A program made the translations under genes and the position numbers. Under the pieces are notes generated by a model, which saw only the letters and a list, made by a program, of their open reading frames with translations, searched no databases and was not told where the DNA came from. Positions 37,152-48,382 of a stretch of 64,000 bases of DNA are shown piece by piece. The stretch's first letter is position 1. Each line of letters begins with the position of its first letter. This stretch comes from Selaginella moellendorffii (Eukaryota; Plantae; Lycopodiophyta): assembly GCF_000143415.4 (NCBI RefSeq), contig NW_003314297.1:248001-312000 (forward strand), in the 5' to 3' direction.

Positions 37152-37837
37152 TGTTATTTTTGAATTCTCGAACTCATTCCTAGGTCTATCATTTTTGTGC
37201 GCCGTGTTCTTGGTTCCGCTGAGCGCAGTGAGCGCTGCTTGTGTAAGCGGCGTTGTGAGCTGTGGTTTATGCGTCTACGAGCGGTTGCGGCATTGCGAGC
37301 GCCATTGCGAGCGGCAGTTTATGCGAGTGGCAGTTTGTACGAGTGGCGCTACGAGCAGTTGCGGTGTTGCGAGCGGCGCTACGAGTAGTTGCGGTGTTGC
37401 GAGCGGCACTGTCTTTGGTGTGGCTACCGCTTCCTCTTGATATTCGGCACTTGTGCTTCCTGGTATGTTCACCATGGAATGGCTTAGGACCACATTTAGA
37501 AATGGCATGAGGCCACATGCCATCTTGGGCCCTTGCAATTTCAATGAGTGACTAGTCACGCACACAAAAATATATATAGTTGCAGCAAGGCAAAAGGAAT
37601 ATAGCAACAGGCTAGCAGGGGCCAAAGATAGCGTGAGGCCTCATGCCATTAGTAGTACCACTAATGGCATGAGGGCTCATGCCAATTTTGTGAATGCAAA
37701 ATTTCACATGGGTGTCAATAGCATGTTTGAATAATGGCATATGGCCTCATGCTATTGAGGTTGTTTGGTATATTATGATTTATGCCATTCTCCAATCATT
37801 TTTTGTATGGTCTTAACTTCTTTTTTGCACTTTCAAA

Positions 37838-40662
37838 ATGGCCTCCGCAAGTGCGACGCATGTTCCCTCTGTGGATCTTAAGAACCGTGCTATATGGATT
37901 CAGGCAAAGGTGTTTTTAAACAACCCCGAGGGGGAGGTGGTAGCTGAGGGCTTAGCCACAGTTGTCGATCCAAGAGATGCGGTTGCTAATCAAGAATTGG
38001 GCTGGGATGATATTGGAGTTGTGATTTTAGAGGTTGTTGACACAGAAGAAAACAGTCTGACTATTGGAAGCATTGTGCGGTGGAAATTGAGGCACTTAGT
38101 GTTTGAGAATGTGAAGGATTCACAATCAAACACCACTACAATTGATGACAGAACATCTCTTCATGGGAAAAGAAAGTACACCTTCCTAAAGCGCAGCCAA
38201 AGGGATCTGAGCAACGAACCGAAAAGGCAGAAAATGGCGATGGAGGTTCGAATGGTCTCGACAGTTGCTTGTTGCAAGAGGAGGTGCTGTCAACATGCTG
38301 ATTAGGATACTATTGAAGAGGAGAGAGCAAGATACAAGACATTGTCCTGGAAGGCAGCTCGCAATTTTGTGTATGAGGCATTACGGTCATCTGTTGATGC
38401 TTCAGAACATCAGGTGGGGGGCATGGTCTTCTAGAAGGGTTTGGTTTGCATGAAGGCATGGAGAATCATTTATGGAGTCCCTCGAACCACATTCTACAGA
38501 ATCAAAACTGAGTTCGAGGAACAAAGGGTTCAACAGGCAGTCCATAGGAACGATGGTACTCACAAAACCAGGGGTCATGTTGTATATGGAGAGGCAATCT
38601 TCAAGATGTTTGTCAAGACATGTAGTGAGCAGCAACCACATAAAACCCGCCTCTTGGAAGATGGAACTCGAGACACCCAACGAGTTCTCCCTTCCATGTA
38701 TACCAAGGGGGCCATATTGGAAGATGTGAATCGGGAACTCCAGAGTAATGGCTACAAGAAGCTGAGCCAATCTAGATTTAGTAGATTGTGGAGCAACAGG
38801 TTCAGGGATGTGAGTATAGGAAAGTACTCCAGCTTTTCAAAGTGTGACGAGTGCACTGCTATCAAAATGGCTTTGTCGAAGAATTCTTGCATCGCTCAAG
38901 AGCGAGAGACGTTGGTTAGAAGGCGGCTCGACCACAACATCGAGCAGAGAAGCTGCAGGACTGCATATTATCATAACAGGATTCTCTCCATGGAGAGACC
39001 TGACTCTTACCTCTGCATCATCCATGACAAAATGGACCAGAAAAAGATGTGCTTACCTCGACTCAATCCTGCCCCCAAGGCAATCTCTTCATCCATGCAG
39101 CTGCCTGTGTCTCTGTTTGGCATAATCGCTCATGGGCATGGTGCCTAGAACTATGGAACTTCTTTGTACCTCTATGGGGTGGCGGGGGTGCAAACATGAT
39201 GATTGCGTCCCTAGCAAAACACTTAAGGTCTCTGCAAAGTGCGCAGAATGAGCTGAACGGCCAACCCTTGCATAAGGCCCTTGTCGATCGAACCCCATAC
39301 AGGGTTCAGCTGGAGGAGGAGCAAAGGCTTGCAGTATCGCGTGGGGCCCCATGCCATCCCAGTGAATATGTTGGCCGTCAGATTGTAGGGTTATCACGTG
39401 AGGCCTCATGCCATTCCGACGAGGCTGGTCGCCCGGTGAATGCACAGCCTCATCCAAACGAAGCAGAATCTCAAGGAAGTTCTTGCGGCTGATGTGGCCT
39501 TCCACCCCATCTTCTGCTCCAAACAGACAATGCTGGCAGTGAGAACAAAAACATGTACGTCTTCGCGTACTTGGCGATGCTTGTTGCCAAAGGCATATTT
39601 GAAACGGTTACACTTGGCTTTCTCATAGTTGGGCACACTCATGAAGACGTCGATGCCATGTTTAGTCACCTGGCAGAGTCCCTCCGGCGATCCAATGTCC
39701 TCACCCTCCCACAACTCTACGATGAATTCCAAAATTGCATCAAAGGCACTGTTGGAGCTGCACTTGTGACAGAGGTTCCAGACTTTAAGGGGTTTGTAAG
39801 AGGCTACATCAGGGACGGATCCGAAACGCTGATTGGCCACTCCAAGCCTCTTCAATTTCATTTCAGCATGTGTGACGGTGCTCCAGTGATGAGGTACAAG
39901 ATGAGAGAATGGGACACAGTGTGGCTGCCAGTGGACGGCATTGAACTCTTCAAGAGAGATCCTATAACTGGGGAACCTATGATTCCTCAGGGTTCCCCAC
40001 GGCCGATGCACCCGGATGGACTCAAAGACCAGGAAAGTATAGTGGCCGGGATTAGACAGCATATTGCCTTCTGGAAGAGGGGGTTGGTGTTTGGTGGAGA
40101 ATCCTATTTTCAGAGGTGCAAGCCTTTGATCGAATATTGGGAGAAGATTATATCTGCTATCCAAAATGGGCCGGTTGTATATGAAGAATTGGAAGAGTCC
40201 TTTTGGCCAGAACCCAGAGCACCAGATAGTAGCGGAACAATGTCCTCTGGAAATGCAGTGACAGATAACGATGTTGAGGATCACTATTGTGGGCCGAGGA
40301 ACAAGAAGCCGGATTCAGCATTCAATCCAGTACAGGTCTGCAAAGGAATGGTTGTGCTTGTCAGACCCAGTAATAAAAAACAAATGATATGGGTGGGGCG
40401 CTGCATCACTGATGCAGAGGAGGACGCGGAAACTAACTCCTTCAATGTAACTGTGGAGTGGTTCAAGCCAAGTTCCGGATATACGAAGGATTGCCTAGAA
40501 AAGAGATGGGTGCTGAATCCAAGGGATCCCAGCATGAGCATATCGGTGGATAATGTTGTGCATGGTTGGATGCGGAAGCAAAGTGCCACCATCACCTTGC
40601 CAGACCATGCAAGAGATGCAGCAAGAGCATTCATAACCCGGGTTCAAGGTGAGATTCATTAA
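37838..40662 (+). pseudogene. Sola1-like DDD transposase, disrupted by four stops and one frameshift
   Basis: FSRLWS..F...FSKCDEC, LCIIHDKMDQ, LQTDNAGSENKN, FLIVGHTHEDVDAMFS. Stops at 38303, 38432, 39146 and 39490; frameshift at ~39160. Possible additional small 3' exons. Confidence 0.8.
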
Positions 40663-42269
40663 TATTCCTTTACTAAGTTTCTAATGTATTTTATTTCAAG
40701 GTGAACAATCCAAATCTGAATCAGAGGAGGCGTGATGGCATGTGGCTTTACGCCATTCCTAGGTGAGATGATACAAATAACAAGTATAAATTCTTAGTTG
40801 TTTTAGCAAATCTTACTTAAAGTTCAAGGTGAACAAGCCGAATATGAATTCATCGGATTGTTATAACAAATTGCGAGGTGATGGCATGAGGCGATACGCC
40901 ATTTGAGAGTGGTAGCCATTCCTATATGAGGTGAGTGAAATATTTATTAGAAATACCTCATTCAATTGTGCACTTCTAAGTCTTGGTCCACTCAGTACTG
41001 TTTGCATGTTTTTATTTTAATTCTTTCTCTAAAATGTTATTTAGCATGTAGCTTCATGCCATTGCTCTCCACAATCATGTATTGAATTTTTCTATCCTTG
41101 CATAATACTTCTCCATATATATAGCATGTGCGCACATGTGATATGGTTCATTAGGCCTGATATAGTGTGTGAGGTAAAACAAAGATGATGTGACATATGC
41201 ATTTACCAATTACATGTGCATAAATCTAATAATATGGCGTGTGGCCCATATTAATGGCACATAAACCCATATTGTGGGCTTACGTGCTTTATGTACCATC
41301 ATTCCCTTGCAGCGTGTGTGTTGGTTTCCTTTTATAACACAACGAACTCCATATTTTAGGGTGAAGAGCGTTCTCATGGCAAGCACAAAATCTGTAAGTG
41401 AGGCAGAAAAGGAGACAGAGAAAGAGATAGGTGAAGATGTAGAATATATAAGTCTTCCAAACTCCCCGTACTATACTCCAGGTGATCATTTTTCTGAACA
41501 AACGACAACATTAACAACTATTGAGAACGCCCCAATAACATCAAAGACAACAATCCAAAGCAAAACAACTGACCCGGAGAAGGATGATAGTACTGCTGAG
41601 AGTACCAAAAAGGAGGTGTCCACTAGCGCTTAGGCTTATAATGGCGTGTGCCCTCATGCCATTTATTTGATCACCAAATACTTTTTTCCCTTTGCACTAG
41701 TATATCTTAATACCGGTCTGAGAAATAGAATGGCATGTGCCCTCAGGCCTTTTACTAAATCACCTTTGAAAGAAATGCAAGCCTCTATGTCGTAAAAAAA
41801 AGGTACTAGAGAAATTCCTTAATAATATGAATGTTATTTAGTTTCATGAAAATACACTAAGGGTCAAATGAGTTAAATGACTTCTCCAGACTAGCAATGC
41901 CTCTTGCTACACCTTCACAATTAGATTCGTTAGAAAAAGATAACATTGAATAATATCTAAATGTTCTCACCATTAAGTTATATGTCTGGCTAATAGGAAT
42001 GACGTTCATCTTAGAAAGCTCACCACACGCTCAATGAACAAACAAATAGTGTGTGTGCGCATGCCATCGCTTTTCTTTAGCTTCAGATTCGGCTTGTTCA
42101 CCTTGACAATGAGATTTATTATACAACCAGATGGACTCAGTCTGAACACAAAGTCACCGCGCTAGTCACCATGCCCTAGATATGTCTAGCCCCTGGACAA
42201 AAAACATATAATTTCACGTCATTTTCAAATACTTGAAAATTTGTACCTAGTCCCATTTTACTGAATAAA

Positions 42270-42293
42270 TCCTACTTTAACGAAATAGAGCAT
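42270..42293 (-). repeat. Right terminal inverted repeat
   Basis: Pairs with 28537-28560. Confidence 0.88.
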
Positions 42294-43624
42294 TATATCA
42301 GTGAATGCTAAATATAGGATTTAGGCCACCCTATAATGTGATGTGAGAGTCATAGTTTCTTTTTTATACTTTCATGGCTCTAGAACAAGGTATGCTACCT
42401 ACAATCAATACCATATTCTTCTTCTTCTTTTTTTTTCCTTTTTAGGAATAAGTAATACCATTAAAGCTATTGTGCATATAATGTCTTAGTTTCCTTTAAA
42501 GTTTATTTCATTATGAGTAAAGTGTAGAGTTATATTTTTAAGAATGATAGCATTCTAGCATGAAAATATAATAATTTGTGTCTTTAAATCTTTCTTAATT
42601 TTCTTGTACATCCATGTATATACACCTTCTAAAGGTGTGATGAGATTAATGATAATTTAGTGGTGATAGGTTTAATTACTAGATCAAACTACACAAATAG
42701 TATTATTTGATTGTGGTGGTTTGCTTTTGCTTTTTTTTTAACTTTACTTTAATGTTTGATAGTATTTAGGTGATGTTTTGACATTGACATTGTTAATGTC
42801 AATGTTAGAATGAGATGAGATGTTTCTTTATGGGTTTACAAAGGAAATTGGATTTTCTATCTACAATGATTTAAATGGTTAGTTATTAATTAAAAATTAA
42901 CATTTAATTTTACTAGTTTTGATGATGATGATGTTGATGATCTAGCTATACATTTATTTTATTAGATTCATGCATTTACTAATTGGTAACTATATTCACA
43001 TACAAACAAAATAAATGACAAGTTGAGTAAGTTTTATTTTAAACAAGATTACTTGGTAGTTTTTCCTTGGAAAGTGGTTTAATCATGGTTTATGCTGTTG
43101 GATTTAAGTTTAAAATTATCAATCATTGATGATTTTTATTATGCTTGTTTTGAAATGAGATGCTTTTGGTGTGGAAATGAATTCATAGAAGAGTGGTTTA
43201 GTGATCAATTTTTAAACATAGCTTTGTTGTGTTTAAATTTTTGATTAATGCATATATGATTTTCATTAAAGTTTCAGTTTATAAATATGTTTATAAAAAC
43301 ATTATAGATTATACTTTAGATTGTTTTTGAGCATTGTAAATAGTCGATGTGAGATTAGTGATCTTATTATATAGAACTTAATTATAAATTTCTTCATCTT
43401 TTAATTCTTATATTTATTATTCTATTTGTTAAAAGTTATTGAAAAAAACATTTTACCTCATTAACTTTGATGTTCAAGTTAGTTTGCATATCTTGCATAC
43501 ATTTATGATAATTAATTAACATCAACGATAATTAATTATCTTTGTTCTATTTGATTGATAAGCTTCAAATTTTAAGTTTTTTTCAGCATTATTTGTAATT
43601 TTAATGGAGGTTTAGGGCTTTTCG

Positions 43625-46441
43625 ATGGCGCGATCGATCGGCAGGGGCGGCGCCAGGCCGATCGAAGAGCCGCTGGAGGCTGCGATCGATCGCATTTGCA
43701 GCAGCAGTGAGGCGGGCAGCACCGCAATCTATATCCCGCTGCTCCGGCGCTGCCTGGAGCAGCGCGCGCTGCCCCAGGGCAGGCGATTGCACGCGCACCT
43801 CCTGGAATCCGGATTCCTCGAGCGCAGCGCCGCCGATCCCATCGTCGCCAGCTACCTGGTGAAGATGTATGGCAGATGCGGCAGCGTGGCGGATGCCGAG
43901 GCGGCATTCCGCGCCTGCGATCCAGTGCGCACGCCCTACACCTGGAACAACATGCTCTCGGCGTACCTGGGCAACCATCTCCCGCGCGAGGCGCTGGAGA
44001 TCGGCAAGAGCATGGATCTCGAGGGCGTTCCCAGGAGCGCCTCCAATCTGGTAAGCTCCATCTCTGCCTGCGCTCGCCTTGGCTCAGCGTTTCTTTCGCA
44101 AGGCAGGGAACTCCACGAGCGCTACCGCCAGTGGTGGCGGCGGGGAGGCGGAGGAGAGGTGGCGGTGGCGGGCGAGGAGGACGATCTGGTGGCCACCGCG
44201 CTGGTGGACATGTATTCAAAGTGTGGGAGCTTGGACGATGCTAGGCGCGTCTTCGACGACTACTCGGTGGATTCCAAGAGGATGGCGCTGTGGACGGCCA
44301 TGGTCTCCGGGTATGCGCTCCATGGGCATAGCCGCCAAGCGCTCGAGCTCTACCAGCGCTTTCTCTCCGTATCCAGCGAGCCCCCGGACACTGTGATGCT
44401 GCTCAGTGCCATCACCGCCTGCTCCAGCGCAGAGTTTCTCGACGATGGGAGAGCCATCCACGCGCAAATCTCTTCCCGGGAACTGGATCACCACACCCAC
44501 CTGGGGAACGGGCTTGTCAACATGTATGGGCGATGCAAGGAGCTCCACAGGGCGCGGAAAGCCTTCGAGAAGATCACTGCCAAGAACTTGGTGTCGTGGA
44601 ACGTGATCATCGGGGCGTATGCCCAGGAGGGGCATCGCGGCCACGCCATGGAGCTCTTCCAGCGGATGGATCCCGAGGGGGTCGCGGCCGACGCCGTCAC
44701 CTTTCTCCACGTCCTCGACGCTTGCGGCGGCGTGGAGGCGGCGGGGGACGTCCGGAGGATCCACAAGAAGCTGGAGCTCTCGGGCTTGGAGTGGGACGTG
44801 TTCGTCGCCTCGTCGCTCGTCAACGCCTATGGGAAGTGCGGCTGCCTCGCCGAGGCGAAGAGGGTCTTCGACGCCATGCCGCTCAAGAACACGGTGACCA
44901 TGACGTCGATGCTCGCGGCCTACGCACAGCACGGCCTCGGCGAGGAAGCTCTTGAGATCTACAGGGAGATGGAGTCGCAGGGGAGGAAGGCCGACCGGGT
45001 GACTTTCATCAGTGCTCTCGACGCTTGCTCCAGCATCGGGGCTCTCAGCCAGGGACGAGCGATCCACAGCCGGCTGCTCGTGAGTGGGATCATCCAGCAG
45101 CCAGACGTGGTGCTGGGGACGGCGCTGCTCAACATGTATGGGAGGTGTGGAGTGCTCGGCGCTGCAAAGTCGCTCTTTGATGGGATGGCGGACAAGAACA
45201 CAATCACTTGGAACGCGCTCATGGGGTCGTATGCTCAGTGGGGGTATGGCAAGGAGGCGCTCAACCTCTACCACTCCATGGACGCGCAGCCAAACTCTCT
45301 GACGTTCCTGGCGGTGCTCACGGCTTGCTCGACGGTGGGAGCGCTGCTCCAGGGCCGAGCTGCGCACGCAAGGCTGGCTCCGGCCGGGTTTGAGAAGGAG
45401 GTGGAGGTCGGGGTCGCGCTGGTAAACATGTATGGCAAGTGTGGCAGCCTCGAGGACGCGCTGGGAACGTTTGCGAAGCTGGAGAGGAAGACGGTGGTGA
45501 CTTGGACGGTGGCAATGCTGGCGCTGGCTCACCACGGCGAGTTTCGAGAGACGCTGCGGTTGTTCACGGAGATGGAGCTGGAAGGGGTGGCGCCGGACAG
45601 TGTCGCGCTGCTGGCGGCGCTCTTCGCTTGCAGTCACAGTGGAAAACTCAAGGAAGGGAGGAGCTACTTCACCAACATGATCCAGGACTACGGCGTGAGT
45701 CCGACGCTGGCGCACTACGACTGCGTGGTGGATCTGCTGTGCCGGACGGGGCTGCTGGGCCGGGCCGAGGAGCTCATCGACAGCATGCCGTTCGAGCCGA
45801 GCGCCGTGACTTGGACGACGCTCCTGGCGGCGTGCCGGACTCACTCGACCCTCTACGACAAGGCAAAGGTGGCGGCGGACAAGGCGCTAGAAACGGAGCC
45901 TCACAACGCCGGGATCTACTTCGCGCTCTCGTACATGTACTCGGGCGTCCGGACTTACAGGCAGGAGCGGCTCAACGTCTCGGACAAGCTCAACTCGATC
46001 CAGCGCCAGGTCGGGCGGTGCTTCATCGAGACGAGGGACCAGATCCACGAGATCGTGGCGGGGGAGACGGCGGCGCATCCTTACGCGGCCGCCGTTGACG
46101 AGGAGCTCCACCGGCTAAACATCGAGCTGACCATCGAGCGGGGATGCAAGGTGGAGGAGAAGAACCACAGCGCCAAGAGGGCCGTGGTGCTGGGGCTGGT
46201 GAGCACGCTGCCCGGCACCACCATCCGAGTGGTCAAGAACCTCAAGCTGTGCGCCGACTGCCACCACGCGATCAAGCTCTTCTCCAAGATCCGCGGCAGG
46301 AGGATAATCGTAAGGGACTACGTTGAGTTCCACCACATCGAGAAGGGCGTGTGCTCGTGCGACGGAAGGAAGCCGGCGCTCGGCCTGGGGCTGGATTGCT
46401 TGGTCGCTCCTCCGACTCACATACCGGGAACTCTTTGGTGA
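43625..46441 (+). CDS. PLS-class PPR protein with degenerate DYW domain
   Basis: 938-aa intronless PPR array with E domain. HSAK replaces HSEK, CADCH is retained, and the C-terminus runs past CSC without DYW. Confidence 0.93.
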   Translation: MARSIGRGGARPIEEPLEAAIDRICSSSEAGSTAIYIPLLRRCLEQRALPQGRRLHAHLLESGFLERSAADPIVASYLVKMYGRCGSVADAEAAFRACDPVRTPYTWNNMLSAYLGNHLPREALEIGKSMDLEGVPRSASNLVSSISACARLGSAFLSQGRELHERYRQWWRRGGGGEVAVAGEEDDLVATALVDMYSKCGSLDDARRVFDDYSVDSKRMALWTAMVSGYALHGHSRQALELYQRFLSVSSEPPDTVMLLSAITACSSAEFLDDGRAIHAQISSRELDHHTHLGNGLVNMYGRCKELHRARKAFEKITAKNLVSWNVIIGAYAQEGHRGHAMELFQRMDPEGVAADAVTFLHVLDACGGVEAAGDVRRIHKKLELSGLEWDVFVASSLVNAYGKCGCLAEAKRVFDAMPLKNTVTMTSMLAAYAQHGLGEEALEIYREMESQGRKADRVTFISALDACSSIGALSQGRAIHSRLLVSGIIQQPDVVLGTALLNMYGRCGVLGAAKSLFDGMADKNTITWNALMGSYAQWGYGKEALNLYHSMDAQPNSLTFLAVLTACSTVGALLQGRAAHARLAPAGFEKEVEVGVALVNMYGKCGSLEDALGTFAKLERKTVVTWTVAMLALAHHGEFRETLRLFTEMELEGVAPDSVALLAALFACSHSGKLKEGRSYFTNMIQDYGVSPTLAHYDCVVDLLCRTGLLGRAEELIDSMPFEPSAVTWTTLLAACRTHSTLYDKAKVAADKALETEPHNAGIYFALSYMYSGVRTYRQERLNVSDKLNSIQRQVGRCFIETRDQIHEIVAGETAAHPYAAAVDEELHRLNIELTIERGCKVEEKNHSAKRAVVLGLVSTLPGTTIRVVKNLKLCADCHHAIKLFSKIRGRRIIVRDYVEFHHIEKGVCSCDGRKPALGLGLDCLVAPPTHIPGTLW

Positions 46442-46551
46442 TTTAACGTTGCATGGGCTTTCTTGCAGCAGTTTCCAGCTCATGTAGAAAAGGTGGTGGC
46501 TGGCGTTCAAAAGAAGAGGAAGCAAAATACAATATCAAAGGCAACGGAGGC

Positions 46552-48292
<1,741 letters not shown>

Positions 48293-48300
48293 GGCGCCTA

Positions 48301-48337
48301 AAGCCCTAAACCCTAGGTCTACCCAAGAACCCTAAAA
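48301..48337. promoter_or_regulatory. Telo-box motifs immediately upstream of PRMT1
   Basis: AAACCCTA (48308) and AACCCTAAA (~48328) lie within 45 bp of the ATG. Confidence 0.55.
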
Positions 48338-48382
48338 GGCGAAAGGGACAAAAGGAAGGAAAAAAAATTTCTTCATTCTTTT

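Larger units (their letters stand above)
28923..42067. repeat. Dispersed family of >20 22-bp palindromes, consensus ATGGCRTG-WGGCCW-CAYGCCAT
   Basis: Copies start at about 28923, 30000, 30075, 31488, 31629, 33128, 34405, 34465, 34542, 35958, 36887, 37502, 37628, 37664, 37734, 39336, 39393, 40735, 40881, 41041, 41121, 41234, 41641, 41730 and 42046. Confidence 0.92.
28537..42293. mobile_element. ~13.8-kb cut-and-paste DNA transposon (Sola1-like transposase) with a large cargo gene
   Basis: TIRs AAGCTCTATTTCGTTAAAGTGGGA (28537-28560) and TCCTACTTTAACGAAATAGAGCAT (42270-42293) match at 22/24. TATA flanks both sides (28533-28536, 42294-42297). DDD transposase inside; AT-rich flanks. Confidence 0.88.

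Noticed and set aside
28923-42067. 22-bp palindromes as a CRISPR array
   Set aside because: Spacing ranges from tens of bp to >1.5 kb, copies lie in introns and exons, no cas genes are present, and the context is eukaryotic.
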